Positions 18,119-27,396 of a stretch of DNA of 64,000 bases are shown in pieces (position 1 is the stretch's first letter; every line of letters starts with the position of its first letter). Source of the stretch: Candidatus Wolframiiraptor gerlachensis (lineage in GTDB: Archaea; Thermoproteota; Nitrososphaeria_A; Caldarchaeales; Wolframiiraptoraceae). A model generated the notes under the pieces. The model was not told where the DNA came from, did no database searches, and was given only the letters and a program-made list of their open reading frames with translations. Location of the stretch: contig JAJPCT020000023.1 of NCBI GenBank assembly GCA_021323375.2, forward strand, positions 1-64,000. The letters run 5' to 3'. The position numbers were made by a program, and so were the translations under genes.

Positions 18119-19054
18119 ATGATCGTCGAGTCCCTTCGAGGTAGAGATCTTCTAACTCTTCAGGATCTTGAGCCAGAGGAGATAATGGGGCTGATAAGGC
18201 TCTCGGCCGAGCTAAAGCGTGATAGAAGGCTGTTCTCCGGGAGGCTCTCTGGCAGGAGCGTCGCGATGATCTTCGAGAAGCCCTCGACGAGGACTAGGGT
18301 TTCCCTAGATGTCGCGGTGAGCGAGCTCGGTGGAAGGCCGATATACCTGAGGTTCGACGAGCTTCAGCTGGGCAGGGGCGAGACCATAGCGGACACGGCC
18401 AAGGTGCTCTCGAGATACGTGGATCTTATAACTGCTAGAGTTAGGAGGCATGATGACCTCGTGGAGCTGGCTAGATGGGCGGATAAGCCCGTGGTAAACA
18501 CTCTATCAGATCTGGATCACCCGCTCCAGACGCTCGCGGATCTGCTCACGCTCTGGGAGAGGTTTGGCAGGATTCAGGGAGTCAAGGTAGCTTGGGTGGG
18601 TGATGGCAATAATGTCTGCAACTCTATACTGATAGGCGTGACGAAGCTCGGCGCCCACATCACGATAGCATGTCCGAGAGGCTATGAGCCGAATAAGAGG
18701 TATCTCGAGTGGGCGATGGAGAACTCGAGGAGGAGTGGATCTAAGGTGGAGGTTGTAGAGGATCCGGAGGAGGCTGTTAGGGGCGCGGATGTCGTGATGA
18801 CCGATGTCTTTGTTAGTATGGGGATGGAGGCTGAGAGGGAGAAGAGGATGCGGGACTTCCTGCCGAGATACCAAGTCTCCGAGAGGCTTATGAGGCTCGC
18901 TAAGCCCGGCGCCATCTTCATGCACCCGCTCCCGGCTAAGAGGGGTGAAGAGGTCTCGCCCGAGGTGATTGATGGAGAATGGTCGGTGGTCTGGGATCAG
19001 GCGGAGAACAGGCTTCACACGGCGAAGGCCGTCCTACTCTCGATCCTCGGATAA
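18119..19054 (+). CDS. argF: Ornithine carbamoyltransferase
   Basis: PSTRTR, HPLQ, GDGNNV, SMG, HPLP, QAENR. Confidence 0.93.
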   Translation: MIVESLRGRDLLTLQDLEPEEIMGLIRLSAELKRDRRLFSGRLSGRSVAMIFEKPSTRTRVSLDVAVSELGGRPIYLRFDELQLGRGETIADTAKVLSRYVDLITARVRRHDDLVELARWADKPVVNTLSDLDHPLQTLADLLTLWERFGRIQGVKVAWVGDGNNVCNSILIGVTKLGAHITIACPRGYEPNKRYLEWAMENSRRSGSKVEVVEDPEEAVRGADVVMTDVFVSMGMEAEREKRMRDFLPRYQVSERLMRLAKPGAIFMHPLPAKRGEEVSPEVIDGEWSVVWDQAENRLHTAKAVLLSILG

Positions 19055-19924
19055 ATATGGCCTCGCTGGTATCAGGTGGCTCCCGTCACAGCTAGCGCCT
19101 GTATTCAGCTCCACAAAGCCCTCCCTGCAACAGGCGAAGGTTAGGCCGAGTTCCCGGCATCCATCCGCAATCATCTTCATGAGCCTGAACCTCATCGGCC
19201 TCGGGAGATAGCGGCTTCTCCCAATCCGCTCACCATCCTGAAAATAGAGGGGCCTAAGCCTCTCAGCGACATCCGGGAAAACCATCCCAATTCTCGCCCA
19301 AGAATCAGGCCTCGGCTTAAATGTGCTAGAGGTTACATGAATAGCGCCAGCATCCCTAATCTCCTTCAGGAGATCCATAAGCCCCTCATCATTCAGGTAT
19401 GGGATTATTGGGTCTACGCGGACGCCGACCATGATCCCCTCGGAGCTGAGCTTCTCCACGGCATCAAGCCTCCTCGAGGGCGGAGGCGCGCCGGGCTCAA
19501 GCTTACGAGCAAGATCATCATCAAGAGTGGTTATCGTCAGCGTCACAGCGCATCTAAGCCCCCTGAGAAGATCCAGATCCCTGAGAACAAGATCGCTCTT
19601 AGTTATGACTAGGATTCTCAGGTTCCTCCCTTGGAACTCTTCTAGACAGCGCCTCGTAAGCCGCATATCCTGCTCCATCGGCGGATAGGGATCAGAGCTA
19701 TTCGACATGGAGATAAGCGCGTTATCAGGTAACCGGGCCACATCGCCCCTAACGAGCCTTAGGAGATCCCTCTTAGGTCTACACTCATGAAACCTCCTAA
19801 CATATGATGAGGCATAGCAGTAGAGGCAACCATGTTCGCATCCAGTATAAGGATCGAAGGAGAACTTCGATGGGCATGTACAAAGTCTGCCCCTCCAAGG
19901 ATCAAAGGGCCTTATGATGATCAT
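19034..19924 (-). CDS. SPL-like (Rv2578c-type) radical SAM protein
   Basis: PYTGCEHGCLYCYA, SDPY, LEPGAP.P..RL. Confidence 0.85.
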   Translation of the reverse strand: MIIIRPFDPWRGRLCTCPSKFSFDPYTGCEHGCLYCYASSYVRRFHECRPKRDLLRLVRGDVARLPDNALISMSNSSDPYPPMEQDMRLTRRCLEEFQGRNLRILVITKSDLVLRDLDLLRGLRCAVTLTITTLDDDLARKLEPGAPPPSRRLDAVEKLSSEGIMVGVRVDPIIPYLNDEGLMDLLKEIRDAGAIHVTSSTFKPRPDSWARIGMVFPDVAERLRPLYFQDGERIGRSRYLPRPMRFRLMKMIADGCRELGLTFACCREGFVELNTGASCDGSHLIPARPYLSEDRE

Positions 19925-20075
19925 TCTCACGGCCCAGCGCACTCGATATCTTCATGTCATGCGGCTAGCTAAATAGATGGAGCATCCTTTTTAGCGTTCT
20001 GCAGCTTTAGGTATAAATAATGCTCGGCGGAGATAAGTGTTAGAGCCTCTCTTCTAAGGAGCTAGCGGTGAGAGC

Positions 20076-21107
20076 TTGAGTAGTGGTGTTATGATTCCTC
20101 AAGCGGTTATATGGATAATTAGTGGAGCATGTAATCTCAGTTGCATTCATTGTTATGCAAGTAGGTTTATGGATGTTGAGGAGCTCAAGCTCGAGGAGAA
20201 GCTCAGGTTGATTGATGAGCTTGCAGAGTGTGGTGTATCATATATAGGGATAACTGGGGGAGAACCTCTGATAAACCCGGATCTAGAGCCATGTCTAAAG
20301 CGAGTACATGATTATGGTATTGAATGTAGCATTAACACTAATGTGCAATGCTTGAATGAGAGGACTGCCGAGATTCTCGGGAGATATGATGTCTACCTGT
20401 TTATTAGTGTGGATGGATCGTGTAGGGAGGTTCATGAGCGCATTAGGGGTCCGGGGACTTGGAGTAGGCTGATGAGGGGGGTTGAGGCTGTTAGAAGGGC
20501 CGGCCTCAGCTTTTCGACCGTCATGACGATAAATAGCTTGAATTATTTAGATGCTGCAGGGTATGTTGAGCTGGCTGAGAGGCTTGGAGCCGATGATGCT
20601 TGCATGATACCGGTGATGCCCGTTGGGAGGGCTGGCCGGGAGATTGCGCCAAGCACAGGCCAGCTTATTACGGCGTTAAAGCTTGCCGAGTCCGCTGCGA
20701 AGAGCATCGGATTCTGGATCAATGTCTGGTGCTATGTCCCCGGAAAGCTGATCATAGACCCCAGATACATCTCCATTTGGGCTGACTGTAGAAGGGGTAA
20801 GGTGGTCGATATAGATCCGGCTGGAAGCCTCCTCCTCTGCGATATTCTAGATATAGGGCTCAGTAATGTGAGGAGGGGATTTAGGCAGGCTATCGGAGAA
20901 TACTTCCAGAGCAGGGAGATGAACGAGGTGATGAATCCAAGGCTGAGAGAGCCCTGCAAATCATGTAGTATAAGAGAATCATGCATGGGAGGATGCTATG
21001 CTAGATCATACCTCATATTCAAGAGCTTCAATGGGCCCGACCCATACTGCCCACGCGCCAACATAGACCTGCATACAAAGGTAATTGGCCAGGCTCAGAG
21101 GAATTGA
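20076..21107 (+). CDS. Radical SAM/SPASM domain protein
   Basis: CNLSCIHC, TGGEP, SVDG, C-terminal CKSC.....CMGGC..DPYC. Confidence 0.88.
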   Translation: MSSGVMIPQAVIWIISGACNLSCIHCYASRFMDVEELKLEEKLRLIDELAECGVSYIGITGGEPLINPDLEPCLKRVHDYGIECSINTNVQCLNERTAEILGRYDVYLFISVDGSCREVHERIRGPGTWSRLMRGVEAVRRAGLSFSTVMTINSLNYLDAAGYVELAERLGADDACMIPVMPVGRAGREIAPSTGQLITALKLAESAAKSIGFWINVWCYVPGKLIIDPRYISIWADCRRGKVVDIDPAGSLLLCDILDIGLSNVRRGFRQAIGEYFQSREMNEVMNPRLREPCKSCSIRESCMGGCYARSYLIFKSFNGPDPYCPRANIDLHTKVIGQAQRN

Positions 21108-21158
21108 ACTAATCTCGTGAAAAGGACGTTTTGCCAGTTTATTTGACGCTAAAGAGAT

Positions 21159-22490
21159 CTATAATGTGGCTTTACTGCCCTCGCTTTCCGCTTTACCTGA
21201 TCCTATCTCCGGCTTCGGCTCAGATGCCTTCCTCTCGACAGGCTTTATTATTATCGAGCCATTTCCATAGTCGATTTCTACTAGGTCGCCTTCCTTTATC
21301 CCGAGCCGCGCCGCTGCATCACTCGGTATCGTGACTCTTCTTCCTGAGAGTATTTTCTGGATCTTTTTCTCCCCATTACCCTCCTCCGTCACCTCGGGTG
21401 ATCTGGGTTTCTTGACTAGCTTCTTGGATAGTATCGCGTAGATTCCTAGGCCCGCCGCGACCGCCGCTGTCTGGGCGAAGAGGATGTTCTTTGTTAGCGA
21501 GCTCTCGCCAAGGGTTGCCTCATAGACCCTGTTGAGGTAGCTGTAGTCTTCCTCTAGGTCGGCGAGCTTTTGCCTTAGCTGGGCCGCCTCGGCTATCAGT
21601 GCATCATGTCTAGACCTTAGATCATCATGCCTAGCCTTCAGATCATCATACATCGACTTATACGTCCTGAGCTCGGATAATGCTGACTCATAATCTCTGA
21701 GAAGGGAGCTATACTGCTCCTCCAGCTTGTTGAACTGCCTCGTGAGGGAGTCATAGAGCGCCCTCATCCTCTCCAAGTCTATGAGGGTTGATTGATGCTT
21801 ACTGCTCAACGATTCATAAGAGTTCTGCAGCCTCGAGTAATCCTCCTGAAGCTTCTGATAATCATCCTTCAGATTTTGGTATGATTCCTTTAGGGATAGG
21901 TAGCTGGCGAGGAGCTGGTTATAATCGTCCTTTAGCTTGCTTAGCTCTTGGCGCTTCTGGTCAAGCTCTTTCTCGAGAGCACTTATCTTGCTCTCCAGAT
22001 TAGAGACCTTGCTCCGCAGAGTACTCACCTGAAACTCTAGCTCGGCATAGGTTTCAGCCCTCACAATAGACATGTAGAACTCGTGCGAGAGCCTTCTGCT
22101 ACCATTATAGTAGAACTCTATCTCAGCTCTCAGATATGGGTCAACGGGCCTCGCCCCTGGGAGGCATATGGATATCGATTTTGATATTGTGGAGCCGGTC
22201 CCGAGAGTGTCAACGCTTATGATTGTGTCGCTGTAAAGCGTTCTAACGCCTGAGTCCTCGTGGTAGAATATGGAGAATGAAACTCTGAGATCTGTTAGGG
22301 TTTTATGAGCCTTCATCCAGAAGTTTATCGTGAAGCATGTGCTCGTCTTGACCTCGACCGGGTAATCAAGCCTATACTCTAGATCGTTCTCGACCGTTGA
22401 GAAGCCTTGGGCTGATAGGGGCGTGGTAAGTGAGGCTATCAAGACCATTAGGGAGATAAGCCAGATTAGCCTGATGGCTCTCATGGCCAT
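21159..22490 (-). CDS. Exported coiled-coil membrane protein with C-terminal AbrB/SpoVT-like domain (probable start MAMRAIRL at 22490)
   Basis: Signal peptide, beta-rich domain, long heptad region, TM (ILFAQTAAVAAGLGIYAIL), then RVTIPSDAAARLGIKEGDLVEI..IIIKP. Confidence 0.8.
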   Translation of the reverse strand: MAMRAIRLIWLISLMVLIASLTTPLSAQGFSTVENDLEYRLDYPVEVKTSTCFTINFWMKAHKTLTDLRVSFSIFYHEDSGVRTLYSDTIISVDTLGTGSTISKSISICLPGARPVDPYLRAEIEFYYNGSRRLSHEFYMSIVRAETYAELEFQVSTLRSKVSNLESKISALEKELDQKRQELSKLKDDYNQLLASYLSLKESYQNLKDDYQKLQEDYSRLQNSYESLSSKHQSTLIDLERMRALYDSLTRQFNKLEEQYSSLLRDYESALSELRTYKSMYDDLKARHDDLRSRHDALIAEAAQLRQKLADLEEDYSYLNRVYEATLGESSLTKNILFAQTAAVAAGLGIYAILSKKLVKKPRSPEVTEEGNGEKKIQKILSGRRVTIPSDAAARLGIKEGDLVEIDYGNGSIIIKPVERKASEPKPEIGSGKAESEGSKATL

Positions 22491-22668
22491 GTTCCCCCGT
22501 ATTAAGAGAGGAGGATCTGGGTAATAAGTTACTCCATACATGAGTGCTACAGTGCTGGATGTAGCGGCATGTAGCGCCGGAGGGAGGATTATGTGCATGA
22601 AAGGCTGGAGAGGGTATTCTATTAAGCAGACGAACTCACTAAAAGTAAAATAGTGTGTGGTTTCCCTC

Positions 22669-24069
22669 CTACACAATCACGGTTTTTATACCGAGCAATT
22701 TGCAAGCCTCAGCTATAGGCTCAACATAGTCCCCGTGAATTAGGCTTGCATGATGTACGAATCCCTCCTCTATCAGCGTTCTATAGAGCTTATCTAAGTC
22801 AGAGACTCTCACCCAGACCCAGCTTCCCCTGAACTCCGCCTCCTCCTCGGTTGCTTCTCCACGAGTTATAAGCATCTTAAACTCTCCCCGATACTCGACA
22901 AGCCTGCATATTGTTACCGGCCCCGGCTTAAGCCTGAACTCAGCAGTTCCATAGGATTTCTCAACTCCAACATCACGATACATGATGCTATGGTATCTTA
23001 AGGCTGCTGGGCATCCTGTGCAGACAAGCCCCGGCGGGGCATTTCCACAATGCCATGCTAGGAAGACATTTGGATCCTTCGGATGCTGAATAGTCCAGTC
23101 TATGAAGTGCGGTGGAGTGGTTTCTAGGGATGCCTCATATTGAACTAGCATCGTGAGGGCCCCATAGATATCGACCTCGCAGGAGCACATTATGCCGGAC
23201 TGGGTAAGCCTTCCCATGACAAAGCATGGGCTTATGCCATAGTATTTCTGGATCTCCGTCCAGCATCGAATACCCATCCCTGAGAGCCTCCGATCCTTGG
23301 CAAGCCTTCTCAAAACAACCTCCAGCTTCGCCATCTTCAGTAGCGCCTCGGAGGATATCTGGGAGACGTTTATCATGCGCCTCATATCCTCGAGGATACT
23401 CTTCACATCCGGGTCATCATCCTTCAGGGCCCTAGCCTCCTCGATGACGCCGAAAAGCGATTCATGAACCACCCTCTGCTTAAATCTCCTGACCATCTCC
23501 GCCTCATTAAATGTGACAGTCTCGAACCTCTCGGGCCTCGGGCCCACGAGACCAATTCTAGCCCCTATGAACCTGCTCACTATCGCCGCAGCTCTAGCAA
23601 ATGTCTCAACCCTCTTCTTGAAGCCATCCTCCTCCGGGAAGAAGATGCCTAGGAAGGTGAAGGGTATCATCCTACGATAGAGGCCTGATGCGAGGGATAG
23701 AGTTCCACAGAAGGAGTCTGACCGCCTAAAGCCTCCCGGTAGAAGCTCTGGCTCTTTAGTCCCGAAGACCGCGATCGGGTATCCCCTGAACTCCTCAGCC
23801 ACCCTCACTCCTGCAAGCTCATCCCCAAAGGTCATCGTCCCTATTAGCAGCCCATCAATATTCTCGCGCCTAAACAGCTCTATCACCTTCTCAGCGTCAT
23901 CATCATCCCATACGAGGCCCATCTTCGTTAAATCCTCGCTGGGGTAAACTAGCTGGATGCCAAGAATTCTTGACACACTTTCAATAACCCTGCGCCTTAT
24001 CTCAACACCCCACTTCTCATCAAAGGGATATCTATGAAGGGGGACAAAACCTAGCCTAACAGTCCTCAT
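22669..24069 (-). CDS. L-fucose/L-arabinose isomerase family protein
   Basis: TFGDE, DSFCG, IRCW, CEVD, WHCG, GFVHH. Confidence 0.85.
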   Translation of the reverse strand: MRTVRLGFVPLHRYPFDEKWGVEIRRRVIESVSRILGIQLVYPSEDLTKMGLVWDDDDAEKVIELFRRENIDGLLIGTMTFGDELAGVRVAEEFRGYPIAVFGTKEPELLPGGFRRSDSFCGTLSLASGLYRRMIPFTFLGIFFPEEDGFKKRVETFARAAAIVSRFIGARIGLVGPRPERFETVTFNEAEMVRRFKQRVVHESLFGVIEEARALKDDDPDVKSILEDMRRMINVSQISSEALLKMAKLEVVLRRLAKDRRLSGMGIRCWTEIQKYYGISPCFVMGRLTQSGIMCSCEVDIYGALTMLVQYEASLETTPPHFIDWTIQHPKDPNVFLAWHCGNAPPGLVCTGCPAALRYHSIMYRDVGVEKSYGTAEFRLKPGPVTICRLVEYRGEFKMLITRGEATEEEAEFRGSWVWVRVSDLDKLYRTLIEEGFVHHASLIHGDYVEPIAEACKLLGIKTVIV

Positions 24070-24113
24070 CGAATAATAATGTGGATATCAGTTGCTTAAA
24101 TAAGTTTCACAAG

Positions 24114-24854
24114 CTATGGTTTTACCCTAAAACTCTCAGACCCCTGTTCTATAAGCGTGTTATAAGCTTCTAGGGCGATCATCTTCAGCTTTTTAACCGC
24201 CTCCTCTATAGCACTTTGCCCAAATGTGCTTGTTCCCGCGATAAGCACATTTGCCCCGGCATGTACTATCTGAGGGGCATTGTTGAAATCCACACCACCA
24301 TCAACGGCTATATCTTTCCGCAGCCCTTGCTTGATCATAAGGCTCCTCAGGCTTCTAATCTTATCCATCATTTCCGGAATGAATACCTGTCCCCCGAATC
24401 CGGGTTCCACCGTCATCAGCAGGATCATGTCGACGTATTTCACAACATACTTTATAGTCGAGAGCGGCGTTGTGGGATTTAGAGCAATGCCCACGCCAAC
24501 ACCCCTCCTCCTGAGGTGATCTATCAGCCGGAGCGGGTAGCGGCAGGCTTCTATATGAAATATTACAATATTACCGCCAGCACTTATAACTGGCTCGACA
24601 AAATCCTCAGGCTTCTCAACCATTAAATGGGCGATGAAGGGAAGATTTGACTCGCTCCTCAGGGCCTTCATTATCATCGGGCCGAAGCTTATGTTTGGGA
24701 CAAAATGCCCATCCATAATATCGAAGTGAAGCATATCAGCTCCACCTTTCTCGGCCTTTCTCACTTCCTCCCCAAGCCTCCTGAAATCAGCGGAGAGAAT
24801 AGAGGGAACAATCTTCGGAGGAGGGATTAGAAAGGCATCATGCCTCAAGGTCAT
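24114..24854 (-). CDS. rpe: Ribulose-phosphate 3-epimerase
   Basis: PSILSADF, HFDIMDGHFVPN, MTVEPGFGGQ, VDGG. Confidence 0.92.
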   Translation of the reverse strand: MTLRHDAFLIPPPKIVPSILSADFRRLGEEVRKAEKGGADMLHFDIMDGHFVPNISFGPMIMKALRSESNLPFIAHLMVEKPEDFVEPVISAGGNIVIFHIEACRYPLRLIDHLRRRGVGVGIALNPTTPLSTIKYVVKYVDMILLMTVEPGFGGQVFIPEMMDKIRSLRSLMIKQGLRKDIAVDGGVDFNNAPQIVHAGANVLIAGTSTFGQSAIEEAVKKLKMIALEAYNTLIEQGSESFRVKP

Positions 24855-24944
24855 ATAACTCAGCCTAAAGGTTGATAATAGCTCTTTTTCTAAAGCTTAC
24901 ATCAAAAAGAGGGGAAAGCAAGGAAAGTAGAGGGATTAGCGGCT

Positions 24945-26045
24945 TCAGAATATTGTTCTCTCGGTCTTAGCATCGAAGATATGAATCTTATCCATTAAAA
25001 ATCCGACCCAGACCTTACCTCCGATCGGAGGAAGCCTCGTGGTCGCTGGCGTTATTGCCTTGAGGAGGTATTCTCCAGCTTTTAGGTCCACGACATAGCT
25101 GGACCCCATGGGCTCAACTACATAGACATCTGCTTGGAACACGGAGTCCGGAGTTCTTTCTATCGATAATGTCATGTATTCGGGCCTGAACCCTATCACT
25201 ACCTTGTCGCTCGTTGCACCCTCCTTAACAAGTCTAGCTAAGTCCCGTGGAAGTGGGAGCTCAAATACCCCAGCATCAAGTATTATCTGTGAGTCCCTCT
25301 CAACTATCGTCGCATCGACGAAGTTCATGGGCGGGCTCCCGAGGAAGCCTGCGACGAATATATTCGCAGGCTTCTCATAGACCACGTGTGGCTCATCATA
25401 TTGGAGGATCTTGCCCTTATCCATTACCGCGATCCTATCTCCCATGGCCATAGCCTCGGCCTGATCATGCGTTACATAGATCGTCGTTATCCCCAAGTCT
25501 TTTTGGAGCTTCTTGAGCTCAGCCCTCATGTAGACCCTCAGCTTGGCATCCAAGTTGCTCAGGGGCTCATCCATAAGCCATACCTGTGGGTTCCTCACAA
25601 GAGCCCTTCCCAATGCTACTCGCTGCTGCTGGCCTCCGCTAAGTTGCCTCGGCTTCCTATCCAACAGATCCTCGATCCTGAGAAGCCGGGCAACCTCCTT
25701 AACCCTCTTATCAATCTCATCCTTCGGATACTTCCTCATCTTAAGCGGAAAGGCGAGATTATCATATACGGTCATATGCGGATATAGGGCGTAGCTCTGG
25801 AACACCATCGCAATATCCCTATCCTTCGGCGGAAGATCATTCACAAGCCTATCCCCTATGTAGATCTCGCCCTCATCAGGTGTCTCAAGCCCCGCGATGC
25901 ACCTGAGAGTCGTCGTCTTACCACATCCTGACGGCCCTAGCAGAATCACGAATTCACCATCCTTCACCTCGAAACTAACACCATCAACAGCAACAGTCTT
26001 CTTGTCAAAGACCTTGCGAAGCCCAACAACCCTCACACCAGCCAA
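24945..26045 (-). CDS. Carbohydrate ABC transporter ATP-binding protein (MalK/MsmK type)
   Basis: GPSGCGKT, FQSYALYPH, LSGGQ, DEPLSNLDAKLR, C-terminal regulatory domain. Confidence 0.93.
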   Translation of the reverse strand: MAGVRVVGLRKVFDKKTVAVDGVSFEVKDGEFVILLGPSGCGKTTTLRCIAGLETPDEGEIYIGDRLVNDLPPKDRDIAMVFQSYALYPHMTVYDNLAFPLKMRKYPKDEIDKRVKEVARLLRIEDLLDRKPRQLSGGQQQRVALGRALVRNPQVWLMDEPLSNLDAKLRVYMRAELKKLQKDLGITTIYVTHDQAEAMAMGDRIAVMDKGKILQYDEPHVVYEKPANIFVAGFLGSPPMNFVDATIVERDSQIILDAGVFELPLPRDLARLVKEGATSDKVVIGFRPEYMTLSIERTPDSVFQADVYVVEPMGSSYVVDLKAGEYLLKAITPATTRLPPIGGKVWVGFLMDKIHIFDAKTERTIF

Positions 26046-26262
26046 ATAACTTAACCCCCTAAGATATTTGCGGAAAGACGTATTATATAAATATAATTGT
26101 CTCTGGAACCTTATAACAAGACAAGAAATAAGAAGAAATAAGTCAGCACGACCTTGATACAGCTACATAAACAGGTCGAGGCTTCACCGTTCATGTTTTC
26201 TGCGATAAAAGCTTAACGTATATATAATTGTGAATCAGGTTTTAGAGACTGGAGGGAGGATT

Positions 26263-27294
26263 TTGAGGATAGGGGTTTTGACTGGTGGAGGTGATTGTCC
26301 GGGGCTTAACTCGGTTATCCAAGCTATTGTCTTAAGGGCGGCTCGTTACGGGTTCGAGGTCTGGGGTATCGAGGATGGCTATAAGGGGTTGATTGAGGGG
26401 AGGGCTAGACCGCTGAGGAATGAGGATGTAAAGGGTATACACTTTGTTGGCGGCACTATTCTGGGGACCTCGAGGAAGAATCCTGCAAAGTCTGAGGAGG
26501 ATATGACTAAGGTCATGGATAATGTGAGGAAGCTTGGGCTCGATGCTCTGATAGCGATCGGCGGCGATGATACGCTTGGAGCTGCTCTCAAGCTCTATCA
26601 GCGGGGCCTCCCGATAGTCGGTGTCCCAAAGACAATAGATAATGATCTATCCGCGACGGATTACTCGATAGGCTTCTGGACTGCTGTTGAGACTATTGCT
26701 GATGCCTTGGAGAAGCTTCATACGACGGCTAGGTCGCATAAGCGGGTTATCATAGCTGAGATCATGGGAAGGTATGCTGGATGGCTCGCGCTTATGGGCG
26801 GGCTTGCCGGCGGCGCACACGTGATCCTGATACCGGAGAAGCCGTTTGACATAGATGAGGTCTGCAGGGTTATCAAGGAGAGGGATAAGAAGGGTGAGGG
26901 ATACACACTGATAGCTGTGGCTGAGGGTGTTAAGATCCCTGAGACCGGCGAGCTCGCGGTAGCCGCGGCCGAGAAGGATGAGTTCGGGCACGTGAGGCTC
27001 GGGGGCATAGCGAAGTTCCTTGAGGAGGAGATTAAGAGGAGGACTGGTAGAGAGGTTAGATCGACGATCCTCGGGTATATTCAGAGGGGAGGATCTCCGT
27101 CCGCGTTTGACAGGGTTCTCGGGGTGAGGCTTGGCATTAAGGCTGTTGACCTAGTGAAGGAGAAGAAGTTCGGCTACGCGGTCGTCCTCCGGGGGACAGA
27201 GATCGTGCCCGTGAAGCTTGAGGAAGTTGTCGGCCGCCCGAGATACGTTCCAGAAGAGCTCTTCGAATACACCGATATCTTCCAAGAAAGCTAG
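26263..27294 (+). CDS. PfkA-family 6-phosphofructokinase, probably PPi-dependent (probable TTG start at 26263)
   Basis: TGGGDCPGLN, GGDDT, PKTIDND, MGR, GYIQRGG. Confidence 0.88.
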   Translation: MRIGVLTGGGDCPGLNSVIQAIVLRAARYGFEVWGIEDGYKGLIEGRARPLRNEDVKGIHFVGGTILGTSRKNPAKSEEDMTKVMDNVRKLGLDALIAIGGDDTLGAALKLYQRGLPIVGVPKTIDNDLSATDYSIGFWTAVETIADALEKLHTTARSHKRVIIAEIMGRYAGWLALMGGLAGGAHVILIPEKPFDIDEVCRVIKERDKKGEGYTLIAVAEGVKIPETGELAVAAAEKDEFGHVRLGGIAKFLEEEIKRRTGREVRSTILGYIQRGGSPSAFDRVLGVRLGIKAVDLVKEKKFGYAVVLRGTEIVPVKLEEVVGRPRYVPEELFEYTDIFQES

Positions 27295-27396
27295 CCCCAA
27301 TCCCATCTTCCAGATCTCTTTCCTCTTTTTCTTGATTTTGTTTCAAGTGTTTAAGGTTTTAAGGTTGTTGAGTTTCCCGGCTATGGGGGTTTCCTC

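Noticed and set aside
21500-22050. Possible tandem DNA repeat in the coiled-coil gene
   Set aside because: The periodicity is only at the protein heptad level; there are no nucleotide repeat units.
22491-22676. N-terminal 62-aa extension of the coiled-coil protein; ATGTAGCG repeated twice nearby
   Set aside because: The signal peptide and SD point to a start at 22490. The short repeat has no further support.
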